Numbered from the stretch's first letter, positions 10,293-20,241 are shown. The stretch is 64,000 nucleotides of DNA from Candidatus Latescibacterota bacterium (GCA_965243025.1 CBDETY010000003.1:3648001-3712000); one strand, 5' to 3'. Notes: generated by a model from the sequence alone, not told the origin. A program made the numbers and translations.

Positions 10293-11294
10293 TCAGGGTG
10301 TGACCAGGAGCTCCATGACCCGCTCGGCGTTGGCACCGATATGTGTGATGTCCCCTGCGAGCGACCCGTCCGGGCCTACCAGGAAGTTCCGGGGAAACCC
10401 CCTCACCGTCGAGACGGCCCGCCAACACTCCCTGACATCGTCGTCCGGGGGCACCAGTACCTGAGGCCAGGTCAAACCGTGCTCGGCGGCTGTAGCCACC
10501 CCTTTCTCCGCGTCGTCGTCGAAGTTGACGCCCACCAGCGCGAGGAGATCCGGATACCTTGCGGCGAGTTCCTTCAGCGCTGCAAACTCCGCGATGCATG
10601 GCGAGCAGCCGGTATGCCAGCAATGGAACAGCGCGTTCCTGCCCGAAAAATCCTCTGATCGCAGCCTTCCGCGCGTCGACTCGAGGTCGAACGCGTAGGG
10701 TTCACCAAGGTTGGGGAAGGGCAGCGTGCGGACCTCGGATGTGGCAGTCAGGTCACGAGCCCGCTGTCGCTTTGCAGCGACGGACAATCGTTCGATTCCC
10801 ACGCTCCATTCGCCGGTGAGCTGTAGTGCGGTGTCGGTGGAGTACTCGTTCAAAGACCCGAGCCGATTCCCCCCACCTCGCCTCAATGCGAGTTCGTAGC
10901 GCCTCCCGTCGCCATTGTGCACAACCGGCCTGAAGTCGCTGGTGATCTGCCCTGCCTCGCCGGGTGTAAAGAGGAAGACCCGGACTGCATCCTCCCCCTG
11001 CTGCAGTATGCACATGACACTACCCGACACAAAGGAGCTGGACCTGACCATCGGTCGGACGGCCCATTGCCAGGGGTGTTGAGCCGACCTGCTATCCACC
11101 AGTTCCTCCATATACACCTCTACCGGTCGGAAATTCTGAAGAGATCGCGAATGTGGGGCCAAGACCGCTGGCGAAAAGATGCACGGCCGGCCCAGCGATT
11201 GTTGCTCCGCCCAACATTTTCCCCAAAGCCAAGTCGTTTTCATCGACGAAGAACCGGAGACGCCATGCCTGCCGACTGCGGCTTGCCTGGACAA
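10293..11294 (-). CDS. TlpA-like thioredoxin/redoxin domain protein (start uncertain)
   Basis: C-terminal half has LRSEDFSGR..LFHCWHTGCSPC, LVGVNFD, LTWPQ, VRGFPRNFLVGPDG. N-terminal half not recognised; alternative ATGs at 11243 and 11111. Confidence 0.6.
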   Translation of the reverse strand: MSRQAAVGRHGVSGSSSMKTTWLWGKCWAEQQSLGRPCIFSPAVLAPHSRSLQNFRPVEVYMEELVDSRSAQHPWQWAVRPMVRSSSFVSGSVMCILQQGEDAVRVFLFTPGEAGQITSDFRPVVHNGDGRRYELALRRGGGNRLGSLNEYSTDTALQLTGEWSVGIERLSVAAKRQRARDLTATSEVRTLPFPNLGEPYAFDLESTRGRLRSEDFSGRNALFHCWHTGCSPCIAEFAALKELAARYPDLLALVGVNFDDDAEKGVATAAEHGLTWPQVLVPPDDDVRECWRAVSTVRGFPRNFLVGPDGSLAGDITHIGANAERVMELLVTP

Positions 11295-11373
11295 CGGGAG
11301 CAGGTCGAGGTGTTGAGAAGCGACCTCCCAGCGACAGATCCGGTGCGGCGAATCCGTTGCCCGCGCCGCGCGG

Positions 11374-12681
11374 TCAGCGCAGGTACTCGTCCGGCCTGTC
11401 CGAGTCGGGCGGCCAGTACCCCTCCCGGGACTGGCGCCAGCGCCTGCCGCACATCTCGGTGAGAATCGTCCACTCGGCCGGCCCCGGGTCGGGATCGGGG
11501 TGGAACAGGAAGCGGTTCGCCCCGGCGGTTCGGGTCGCCCTCAGTATGCCCTCGAGGTCGCGCGCCGGCATGGCGTCGCCGGCATGGGGGCCGCGGCCTG
11601 TAGAAACCCAGAAAATCGTCTTGTCGGCATCCCCGATCGCCGCCAGGGCGCGCCTCGTCTCGTCGTGGACGAACTCGCTGAAGAACTCCTCGGGGAATCC
11701 CATCTCCAGGTCGTAGAGGGAACCGACGCCGGGCAGCTCGATTCCGAAGAGGGATTTCATCAGCAGGAAGGCGTCGTTCTCGGTAAGCGACGGGTTCCAC
11801 TCGACGAACTTCTGCACCCAGCGCTGCACCGTGCCGTAGAGCCCGTCGAAGCCGCGGTGCCAGTAGTAGTGCTTGGGGAAGATGTAGTCGAACCAGGGGG
11901 CCATCTGCTGATAATTCTGGCCGGTCAGCGAGGACCAGCTGGTGATGCGGGGAATGCCGCCGAGCTCGACGTGGCGGTCGACCTTGTCGAGGGTCTGGCG
12001 CGCCTGCTTCCAGGAGGCCAGGGATTTCGCCTGCCGGGCGCGCAGCCAGTAGAGCCCGTCCTCGTCGATGTCGAACAGGATCAGGCCTCCGAAGGTGCCG
12101 CCGTCGGCGTGGTAGCGCACCATGTCGGGGGTGAGGTTGTGGAAGCGGTTCCGCATGCCGGCGATGCCGCGCTCGAGCCGGTCGACGTCGAACCCCAGGC
12201 CGGAGAACTGCCCGCGCTCCCCGTCGCGGATCTCGAAGAGCTCGCCGCCGTGGTGCCAGGCGAGCTCGTAGTGGTTCTCGCCGGGGCCGTCGACGATGAC
12301 GCCCTGCACCTGGGGGTAGCGGTTGACGAGGCTCTGCACGTGGGCGGTGGTGCCGCTGTCGAAGACCATGACGTGCCAGCCGCGGGCGCGCGCGTCGTCG
12401 AGCATGGCGCTGAGCCCCTTCTCCTTCTCCTGGTCGCGCGGCGCCGGCTCGGGAGGGTCGAGTCCGAGGCCGGCGTAGGCCTTCGGGTCCTGCGGAAAGG
12501 CGGGGACCGTGGTGCCGTCCTCCTGCATGAAGTACATGCGGCCGACGACGATGCCGCGAACGCCGCCGTCTTCCCAGGCGTCGAAGATCTGCCTGTAGTC
12601 GGCCATGTAGCGCTCGAGCGGGTTGAAGACGAAGATCCAGCATTCCATTGGGGAAGTTTCCTTGTTCCGGGGATCGTCCAT
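11374..12681 (-). CDS. Hypothetical protein, possibly glycoside-hydrolase-like barrel
   Basis: 435-aa ORF with strong GC3 bias. VQGVIVDGPGE and FDYIFPKHYYWH segments; no family recognised. Confidence 0.7.
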   Translation of the reverse strand: MDDPRNKETSPMECWIFVFNPLERYMADYRQIFDAWEDGGVRGIVVGRMYFMQEDGTTVPAFPQDPKAYAGLGLDPPEPAPRDQEKEKGLSAMLDDARARGWHVMVFDSGTTAHVQSLVNRYPQVQGVIVDGPGENHYELAWHHGGELFEIRDGERGQFSGLGFDVDRLERGIAGMRNRFHNLTPDMVRYHADGGTFGGLILFDIDEDGLYWLRARQAKSLASWKQARQTLDKVDRHVELGGIPRITSWSSLTGQNYQQMAPWFDYIFPKHYYWHRGFDGLYGTVQRWVQKFVEWNPSLTENDAFLLMKSLFGIELPGVGSLYDLEMGFPEEFFSEFVHDETRRALAAIGDADKTIFWVSTGRGPHAGDAMPARDLEGILRATRTAGANRFLFHPDPDPGPAEWTILTEMCGRRWRQSREGYWPPDSDRPDEYLR

Positions 12682-12775
12682 AGTCGCCTCGCTTTCGAAG
12701 AATCGGTTTTATGCTTCGTCCCGGGTTGACCGCCGCTATCCCCCCGGGGACGCCGCGGAACGGCGGCGCCTGACA

Positions 12776-12847
12776 GCCCGTTGAAAACCCCATCCGGGCT
12801 GCGGCCAGCCCGGGCGGTCGCCTGGAGAGCAACTAAAATCAACGGGC
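12776..12847. repeat. Small element with 9-bp terminal inverted repeats and an internal hairpin
   Basis: GCCCGTTGA (12776-12784) and TCAACGGGC (12839-12847) flank CCGGGCTG-cggc-CAGCCCGG. Confidence 0.35.
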
Positions 12848-13305
12848 GGCAAGGGATGCCGGGGTCATTCCCCGCCATCCGCCGGGCACCTCATATACTT
12901 TCTGCGGCGGCACTGATCAACCCTCGGCCTCCTTGTCGTCCCGTCGAGAGTTCGCACGACTCGCGAGGGGGAACGGCGCACGGCTCCGGCACCTCCCGCA
13001 TGTGAACGGCTGCCCGGATCCCGCCTCGGCGGCTTTTCCGGGGCGATCCGGGGCGCCTGCCCGGGGCTCGCAAAGAGAGCTGCTGCCCGGACCCCGCCTC
13101 GACAGCAGGACCCTGCGGATTGGATGCGCCCCCCGGGGACGTACGGGGAAATCCCGGGCCGGGAATGGACCCGGTTGCTCCGGTGTCGGAAACGCCGCGG
13201 GGAGGGCTATATTGAGGGCACGAATTCCCTGGCGGAAGGAGCTTTTTTCAGGCGGTGTCCGGGTTCGGGCGCATGGTCCATCCGCAAGGGGTTTCACTCC
13301 CGCCT

Positions 13306-14943
13306 ATGAGATTCGCCTCCTCCATCCCCCCGCCGCTGCTCCTCCTTCTGCCGATCCTCGCATCGACCGCGGCCCCCGCGGCCTCCGTCCCCCAGACCGG
13401 CTCCGCCGCTTCTGAAAGCAGCGAGGTCGTCCTCTCCGGGTTCGGGGAGGGGGGCATCCAGCTGCCGTACGAGGCCGAGTTCGTGGGCTCGGAGCGCTGC
13501 GCCGACTGCCATACAACCGAGGCGGGATTGCAGCCGCGCAGCAACATGTTCCTCACCGGGCAGCTGGTCACCGCCGACAACGTCGACACCTGGTTCTCTG
13601 CCGCGGCCCTCGAGCTTCCGGTCCGGTGGCCCGAGTGGGAGGCCTCCGAGGCTCCCCGTCCCCCGCATTACCGCCGCGACGGGGACGAAGTCCTGCTCGA
13701 GGGGCCGACGAGAGACGGCGGCCTGGCGCGGGCCCCCGTTCACGCCGTCTTCGGCTCGGGGCGCCACGCGATCACCCCGGTCACTCTCGAGCCCGGCAGG
13801 CGGAGCCGCGAGCTGCGGGTGACCTGGTCGTACGTCTTCGACAGCTGGATCATGACCCCGGGATCGACGCAGCACCCCGACCCGGTCGGGTACGTGCGCC
13901 CTCCCGAGGAGACCCGGATCTGCTTCGACTGCCACACCACCCGGGTGGTCTGGGAGGAGGAGGTCGATCCGGCCCGCTCGGTTTTCGGGGTCCACTGCGA
14001 GCGCTGCCACGGGCCCGGCAGCGCCCACGTCGACGCGGTGACGAGCGGCAGCGACTCGCTCTACATACTCAACCCGGGGCGCTTTCCCGCGGCGGCGCAG
14101 ACCGGGTTCTGCTCCCAGTGCCACCGGCGGGCAGGCGACATCGAGCCCCTGACCGCGATGAAGCGGGAAGCCAAACTCGCCCGCCACGCCGGGGCCGGCA
14201 CCATGCTCAGCGACTGCTTCCGCCTGTCGCCGCCCGAGGAGACCCTGAGCTGCCTCGATTGCCACGACCCGCACCGCAACGCCGACCCGGGGCGCGACGA
14301 CTACAACAGTTCCTGCCTGCGCTGCCACGCCGACCCGGAGAGCGACCACACCTCGGAGCCCGTCGACCTCTCCTCCGACTGCGTCTCCTGCCACATGCCG
14401 GTGCAGGAGAACGCCTTCGCCGGCATGGACTTCACCGACCACTGGATCCGGGTGCCGGACTCGCCGCCGCCGCTGGCCTCGCCTGAGAAGCAGGAGTACG
14501 CCGACTACCTCGAGGCGTCGTACCGCGAGGCCATGGCCATGCCCGGGCTCGGGCCGGAGCGCAGCTGCCGCTTCCGCATGCGCCTCGGGGAGCTGCTGTT
14601 CGGGATGGGCCGCCGGGACGAGGGGCTGGTCTGGATCGAGGAGGCCCTGAGCTTCGGACCCCTGCACCGCGACCGCATCGTCGCCGGCGAGCTGTTCGAA
14701 CGGGCGGGCCGGCAGGAGAAGGCGATCCCCATCTTCGCCGAGGCGATCCGCCTGGCCCCCGGCAACAACCGCGCCTACCACCACCTGGCGCGGCTGCACA
14801 TGCGGGCCGGCGACCTCCCCGCGGCCCGCGAGGTGTTCGCCGACTGGGAGAAAGCCCTTCCCGGCGACCCGCTGCTCGCCAGGATGCGCGCCGAGTTGCG
14901 CCGCCGCGCCAGGAACGACCACGGCAAGGCCCCCGGTCCCTAG
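13306..14943 (+). CDS. Secreted heptaheme cytochrome c with C-terminal TPRs
   Basis: Signal peptide (LLLLLPILASTAA). Seven CxxCH: CADCH, CFDCH, CERCH, CSQCH, CLDCH, CLRCH, CVSCH. FTDHWIR motif and TPR-like helical tail. Confidence 0.88.
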   Translation: MRFASSIPPPLLLLLPILASTAAPAASVPQTGSAASESSEVVLSGFGEGGIQLPYEAEFVGSERCADCHTTEAGLQPRSNMFLTGQLVTADNVDTWFSAAALELPVRWPEWEASEAPRPPHYRRDGDEVLLEGPTRDGGLARAPVHAVFGSGRHAITPVTLEPGRRSRELRVTWSYVFDSWIMTPGSTQHPDPVGYVRPPEETRICFDCHTTRVVWEEEVDPARSVFGVHCERCHGPGSAHVDAVTSGSDSLYILNPGRFPAAAQTGFCSQCHRRAGDIEPLTAMKREAKLARHAGAGTMLSDCFRLSPPEETLSCLDCHDPHRNADPGRDDYNSSCLRCHADPESDHTSEPVDLSSDCVSCHMPVQENAFAGMDFTDHWIRVPDSPPPLASPEKQEYADYLEASYREAMAMPGLGPERSCRFRMRLGELLFGMGRRDEGLVWIEEALSFGPLHRDRIVAGELFERAGRQEKAIPIFAEAIRLAPGNNRAYHHLARLHMRAGDLPAAREVFADWEKALPGDPLLARMRAELRRRARNDHGKAPGP

Positions 14944-15107
14944 TGCCCCGTCGCAGAAATATCTCGACATCGGGATGCCGATCCATCCCGGCTCACGGCG
15001 TTGCCTTCGCTCGCCGTACACCCTCGGTACGACTCGCTCAGGCGCCTTGTGAGCCGGGCGCCTCGGCCTCCCGATTTTGTCAATCTATCTCTGCGACGGG
15101 ACACTAG
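14940..15107. mobile_element. MITE-like non-autonomous element bounded by CTAG
   Basis: Left CTAGTGCCCCGTCGCAGAAATA versus reverse complement of right end CTAGTGTCCCGTCGCAGAGATA (20/22). Internal palindromes CCCGGCTCAC..GTGAGCCGGG and CGTAC..GTACG. Confidence 0.7.
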
Positions 15108-15202
15108 TGCCTGCCTGCGCAGTTCCGCGTGAATCCGGCCGCCGCTTCACGACGCGCGCAGGCACCGGCCGACCCCGGCTTCCTTAGCTGACTCGAAGAA
15201 AG

Positions 15203-17203
15203 ATGGCCCGGCTGGACAGGCAGGCGGGAACCGGCCTGCGGCAGCAGCACACGCCCTCCCCGGAGGGGGCCGTCACCTTGCGCGCCGTCCTGGTCGGCCT
15301 GCTCGTGGCCCTCTTCATCGGCCTGGCCACCCCGTACACCAACATGATCATCAAGGGGTCGCTGCTGGCGCACAACGCCAACACCCCGATCGCCCTGTTC
15401 ACCTTCTTCCTGTTCGTCGGGGTGCTCAACGTCGCCCTGCGGCTGGCGCGCAGGAGCTGGGCCTTCGACCCGGGAGAGCTGGCCACCGTATACATCATGG
15501 CCATGCTCGCCACCGCGGTGCCGACCGTCGGTTTCGCCGAGTACCTGCTGCCGATCATCGCCGGGGTCCACTACTACGCCACCCCGGAGAACCAGTGGGC
15601 TGAAATCGTCCACCCCCACCTGCCGGGCTGGCTGATCCCGCAGAGCGAGGAGGCGTCGCGCGGCTTCTACGAAGGCCTGCCCGAGGGCCAGCCGGTGCCC
15701 TGGGCACTCTGGGCGGAGCCGCTGATCGCCTGGTCGATCCTGATCCTGGCGGTCTTCTGGGTCTCGGCCTGCCTGATGACGATCCTGCGCAAGCAGTGGA
15801 TGGAGCACGAGAAGCTGCTGTACCCGCTGGTCCAGGTCGCCGTCGAGATGCTGCGGGACGACGAGCGCCGCTCGGCAATCAAACCGTTCTTCCGCAACCC
15901 GGTGATGTGGGCGGGATTCGCCCTTCCCCTCCTCGTCGGATCGATCCACTCCCTGCACTTCTATTTCCCCGCCCTTCCCGGCATGGGGAACTGGACTACG
16001 CGGCTCGCCATGTTCCGGGGCACCACCGACCTGCTGGTGATGTTCAACATCGGCGTCGTCGGCATCGCCTACCTGCTCAACCGCGACGTGGCCCTGGGGC
16101 TGTGGGTCTTCTTTCTGCTCGCCCACGCCGAGCGCGGCCTGTTCAACATCCTCGGCATCGAGAGCACCGAGAAGCTCAGCCGCTTCACCTTCGAAGGGGG
16201 CCCCTTCCTGGCGCACCAGACCATGGGGGCGATGATCGTCCTCGTGCTGTCGGGGCTGTGGATGGCGCGGGACCACCTGAAGCGGGTGTGGCGGAGGGCG
16301 TTCGCCGGGGGAGACGAGGAGGACGCCGGCGAGGTGATGTCGTACCGGACCGCGGTCACCGGCCTGCTGGCCGGGCTGGCGGTCGTCAGCATCTGGCTGT
16401 GGGCGTCGGGACTGCCCTGGTGGGTGGTGCCGGTCTTCCTGTTCGCCGTCTTCATCGTCTTCATGGCCCTGACCCGGGCCACGGTCGAGGGGGGGATGCC
16501 CCACATCCGCACGCCGCTGACCCCCGGGGACTTCGTCGTTTCCGGGGTCGGCACCCACGCCCTCGGCGTCTCGGGGGGAATCGCCCTCGGCTTCACCTAC
16601 GTGTGGGCGGCGAACCTGAGGATCTTCTTCATGATCTGCTTCGCCAACAGCCTGAGGATCGCCGGCGAGATCAAGGGCAGCAAGAGACCCCTGGTCGGGG
16701 CCGCGGCCCTGGCCGCCGCGGCGGCCCTGGCAGGGTCGGTGTACAGCATCGTCACCCTGGCGTACGCCCACGGAGGCATCAACCTGCAGGAGTTCTACTT
16801 CGTGTACGTGCCGCAGCAGGTGGGCAAGAACATGGCGATCGCGCTCACCAACCCGACCTTCCCCAGCGCCAGCGGCTGGCTCTTCACCGGCTTCGGCGCC
16901 GCGGTCATGGGCCTGCTGACCTGGGTGCGGGTGCGCTTCACCTGGTGGCCCATCCACCCGCTCGGGTTCGCCGTGACCGAGTACCGGCTGATGAGCTTCG
17001 TCTGGTTCAGCGTGCTGGTAGCCTGGGGGATCAAGTCGCTGGTGCTGCGCTACGGAGGTCCGAAGCTCTACAACCGCACCAGGCCGTTCTTCCTCGGCCT
17101 GATCTGCGGCCAGATCTGCGTCACCGGCTTCTGGCTGATCGTCGACTTCTTCACCGGGGCGCAGGGAAACCTGCCGCTCCCCTGGCACTCGTCGTTCGTG
17201 TAG
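15203..17203 (+). CDS. Multi-pass membrane protein, DUF6785/DUF6784 (putative peptide-transporter-like)
   Basis: VTLRAVLVG, YYATPENQW, FYEGLPEG..PW, RKQWMEHEKLLYPL, WWPIHPLGF, LRYGG.KLY....PFFLGLI.G; many hydrophobic helices. Confidence 0.8.
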   Translation: MARLDRQAGTGLRQQHTPSPEGAVTLRAVLVGLLVALFIGLATPYTNMIIKGSLLAHNANTPIALFTFFLFVGVLNVALRLARRSWAFDPGELATVYIMAMLATAVPTVGFAEYLLPIIAGVHYYATPENQWAEIVHPHLPGWLIPQSEEASRGFYEGLPEGQPVPWALWAEPLIAWSILILAVFWVSACLMTILRKQWMEHEKLLYPLVQVAVEMLRDDERRSAIKPFFRNPVMWAGFALPLLVGSIHSLHFYFPALPGMGNWTTRLAMFRGTTDLLVMFNIGVVGIAYLLNRDVALGLWVFFLLAHAERGLFNILGIESTEKLSRFTFEGGPFLAHQTMGAMIVLVLSGLWMARDHLKRVWRRAFAGGDEEDAGEVMSYRTAVTGLLAGLAVVSIWLWASGLPWWVVPVFLFAVFIVFMALTRATVEGGMPHIRTPLTPGDFVVSGVGTHALGVSGGIALGFTYVWAANLRIFFMICFANSLRIAGEIKGSKRPLVGAAALAAAAALAGSVYSIVTLAYAHGGINLQEFYFVYVPQQVGKNMAIALTNPTFPSASGWLFTGFGAAVMGLLTWVRVRFTWWPIHPLGFAVTEYRLMSFVWFSVLVAWGIKSLVLRYGGPKLYNRTRPFFLGLICGQICVTGFWLIVDFFTGAQGNLPLPWHSSFV

Positions 17204-17350
17204 CGCCTCCGCGCAATTCCGCGGGAATCCGGCCTCCGCAACCATCTGCCTTCGCTCGCCGTAACCACCTGCACGACTCGTTCGGGCGCGCCTTGCGAGC
17301 CTGGCGCCCCGACTGCCACGCTGAACCCGGACTTGCCTGCGAAGGCACAA
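17201..17350. mobile_element. Degenerate MITE related to the 14940-15107 element
   Basis: Shares GCCTTCGCTCGCCGTA, ACGACTCG and GCGCCTTG.GAGCC.GGCGCC with 15003-15062. Imperfect terminal IRs; begins at the TAG stop of the upstream gene. Confidence 0.5.
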
Positions 17351-17375
17351 CCTCCCGCCCGGTCCTGACGGCTTT

Positions 17376-19337
17376 CTACTTGTAGTGGACGAGGTGACCC
17401 TGCACCGGGAACCAGATCACGTCGACGAACCCCGACAGGATCACCCCGGCGGCGTAGCCGATGCCGATCCCGTAGAACAGGGGCTTACCCGCCTGGTAGG
17501 CCCTGGCCCCGCCGTAGCGCAGCACCGTCAGCTTGACCAGCCAGACGATGAAGAGGCTGAACCAGTAGCTTTCCGGGCCCGTCGCCTTCTGGAAGGCGAG
17601 GCCTATCGGGTGCAGGGAAAACCAGTGAAAACGGCCGCGCAGGAAGGCCAGGAGCGCGGCCTCGAGGAACCCGGCGGACCAGATCCCCCACTTGCCGATG
17701 TCGAGCACCCGCGGGTTGTTCAGCAGGTTGGCGATCTGCGGGTAGACGTTGAAGGCGTAGGGCAGGTGCACGGCCCCGCCCTGGTCGTAGGCGACCTCGA
17801 TGCTCGACCAGGAGGTCACGAGGCTGCCGGCGGCGAAGGCGGCCAGGACTACGGCGCAGACCCGGAACGGTTGGCGGCGGAGCGAGAAAATCCGCAGGTG
17901 GTGGGGAATCGCCGGCCACGCCGGGATGCGCATGTTGCCGAAGAAGGCGTTGCTCGTGAACAGCTTGAAGGAGACGACGTTCCGGGTCGACAGGTTGGAG
18001 GAGCCGACCAGCTCGGTGATGAAGAAGGTCCCCTTGCAGTTGGCCCAGCTCGCCATCAGGTAGGTGAACCCGGTCGCGGCGATCAGCTTGGAAACCACGA
18101 AGAAGACCACCGTCATCAGCCCCAGGGAGGCGGCGGCGACCGGCACGCTCGCTCCCAGGCTGACCCCGAAGCCGACGACGTAGAGCCCGGAAAGGACCAT
18201 GGCGATCACCGCTGCCCGGTAGATGCGCACCTCGCGGCGGTCGCCGGCCCCGTGGAGAACGCAGGCGGCCACCTCGCGCAGGTGCCGGCGCGCCAGCCAC
18301 AGGGACCAGGCGGCGACCGCGAAAATGGCGCCGTAGCTCTCGAGGTCGAGGATGTCCGCCGAGCCCATGGTCTGCCCGGCCGAGCCGACGGTGAACCCGA
18401 CCTGGTTCATCAGCCCCATCTTGAAAACCGCCAGCCAGTAGAAGAGCACGAGGCTGCCGAGAATGTCCAGGGGGCAGAGCCAGGTCAGGGCCAGGACGAT
18501 CGGCAGCACCCGGAAGGTGACCGCCGGCAGCGGCTGCGGCAGCACGAGCTGGTAGCGCTTCTGGTAGAGCTCGATCAGCGGCAGCCCGGGGCTGAACCAG
18601 GTGCCGATGTTGTAGAGCAGCGGCAGGAAGACTATCCCGAAGCCGACCCAGAACAGGCGGGAGTAGAACAAGTCCGGCATGCGCCGCGGACCGTCGAACC
18701 CCCGGGTGAGGTCGATCGGCATCTGGGCGAGGGGAAAGCTCAGCTTCTCGTGCTCGATCCACTGGCGCTGGAACAGGATCATCAGCCCGAGGCCGAAGAT
18801 CACCATCGCCACCGAGGCCCCGATCCAGCGCGCCATGACCCCGGTCCAGGCGTCCCAGGGAAGCGGGGCCCCCTCGGGGAGACCGAGCCAGAAGGTGTCG
18901 ACGACGCGGGGGGAGTTCTCCGGCATCGCGTTCCAGGGGAGGTAGGGAAGGATGAGGGTCTCCCACTGGTTCTCCGCGGTGGCGTTGAACCCGGGGGCCC
19001 CGAGGATGGCGACCCAGTAGTCGCTCCAGCCCCACATCGGCAGGATGCCGGTGATCCAGGTCACCGAGAAGACGGTGAGCAGCTCGCCGCGGCTGAGGGC
19101 CGCCCACGGGATCAGGCGCTTGAGCAGGACGTTGAGGAAGAGCCACAGCACGAACGGCATGATCGCCATCATCGGGTAGTTCGAAAGCACGTAGGTGCCT
19201 GCCGAACCGGCCGTGATCCCGACGACTATGCTGTGGTACCAGTACCAGCCCGCTATCGTCGCGATGGCGACGACGATGCCGCGGATCGTGATCGAGGCGC
19301 GCTCGTCTTCCCGGGCCGTGGAGCGGGGTTGACTCAT
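17376..19337 (-). CDS. Multi-pass membrane protein, DUF6785/DUF6784 paralog
   Basis: ITIRGIVV, ATAENQW, FWLGLPEG, RQWIEHEKLSFPL, WFSLHPIGLA, LRYGG.RAY...PLFYG. Confidence 0.8.
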   Translation of the reverse strand: MSQPRSTAREDERASITIRGIVVAIATIAGWYWYHSIVVGITAGSAGTYVLSNYPMMAIMPFVLWLFLNVLLKRLIPWAALSRGELLTVFSVTWITGILPMWGWSDYWVAILGAPGFNATAENQWETLILPYLPWNAMPENSPRVVDTFWLGLPEGAPLPWDAWTGVMARWIGASVAMVIFGLGLMILFQRQWIEHEKLSFPLAQMPIDLTRGFDGPRRMPDLFYSRLFWVGFGIVFLPLLYNIGTWFSPGLPLIELYQKRYQLVLPQPLPAVTFRVLPIVLALTWLCPLDILGSLVLFYWLAVFKMGLMNQVGFTVGSAGQTMGSADILDLESYGAIFAVAAWSLWLARRHLREVAACVLHGAGDRREVRIYRAAVIAMVLSGLYVVGFGVSLGASVPVAAASLGLMTVVFFVVSKLIAATGFTYLMASWANCKGTFFITELVGSSNLSTRNVVSFKLFTSNAFFGNMRIPAWPAIPHHLRIFSLRRQPFRVCAVVLAAFAAGSLVTSWSSIEVAYDQGGAVHLPYAFNVYPQIANLLNNPRVLDIGKWGIWSAGFLEAALLAFLRGRFHWFSLHPIGLAFQKATGPESYWFSLFIVWLVKLTVLRYGGARAYQAGKPLFYGIGIGYAAGVILSGFVDVIWFPVQGHLVHYK

Positions 19338-19377
19338 TCCGGGCCGGTGAGATTGCCGCGGATGCCCGCCGCGGGAC

Positions 19378-20241
19378 TCACCATTCCACGTCCATCAGGT
19401 CGCGCCCCCAGAAGACCGGACCGTCGAAGACCCCCTGCACCTCGGCTATCGCCCGGGTGGTCTCTTCCGGGGGCTCGAGGGTGACGGACTGGTGGTTGAT
19501 CACCAGCCTCCTGGCCCCGGCTTCGGCGGCCATGCGGCCGGCGCTCAGGGTGCCGGTCTCGGAGATCGCGCTCGGGTAGGTGCGGATCTTCTCCTCCCGG
19601 TGCACGGCCTCCATCACGAACAGGTCGGCGCCGCGCGCCAGCTCGACGACGGCGTCGGCGGGCGCGGTGTCGCCGCTGAAGGCGACCACCCCCTCGTCGG
19701 TCTCGAAGCGGAACCCGAAACACTCGATCCAAGGCTGCGCGTGCTTTACCGGGCGGGCGTGGCAGGTCCAGCCCTCTCCGTCGGCCACCTTGCCTTCCCC
19801 GTATTCGCCGACCTCGACCACGGGGGCCGGCCGCTCCCCTGAGCCGCCGCGCATGTGGAAGGCGTGGACGCTCATCGGGTGGTTGGTGCGGGCGAGGACG
19901 TCGTACCAGAACACCCCTTTTTCCTCGCTCCAGATCGCCCCGGTGATCTCCCGGATCGGCGGCGGTCCGTGGACGCGGAGGTCCGGCTCCGTGCCGACGC
20001 ACTGGTCGAAGCGGGTCATCAGGAAGCAGAGGTAGTCGGAGACGTGGTCGGAGTGCAGGTGGGTGAAGAAGAGATCGTTTATCGAGGTACAGGGGATTCC
20101 CATCCTGTACATCTTGTAGGTCGAGGCGGGGCCGCAGTCGATCATCAGGCGCTGGCCGCAGATCTCGAGGACGAAGCAGGTCCCCCAGCGGTCGGGGGTC
20201 CAGGTCGGAGTTCCCGCTCCGACGATTCTCAGTTTCGGCAT
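19378..20241 (-). CDS. MBL-fold metallohydrolase (RNase Z/arylsulfatase-like)
   Basis: MPKLRIVGAGTP, IDCG, FTHLHSDH, FSGDT, LVINH; ATG at 20241. Confidence 0.85.
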   Translation of the reverse strand: MPKLRIVGAGTPTWTPDRWGTCFVLEICGQRLMIDCGPASTYKMYRMGIPCTSINDLFFTHLHSDHVSDYLCFLMTRFDQCVGTEPDLRVHGPPPIREITGAIWSEEKGVFWYDVLARTNHPMSVHAFHMRGGSGERPAPVVEVGEYGEGKVADGEGWTCHARPVKHAQPWIECFGFRFETDEGVVAFSGDTAPADAVVELARGADLFVMEAVHREEKIRTYPSAISETGTLSAGRMAAEAGARRLVINHQSVTLEPPEETTRAIAEVQGVFDGPVFWGRDLMDVEW

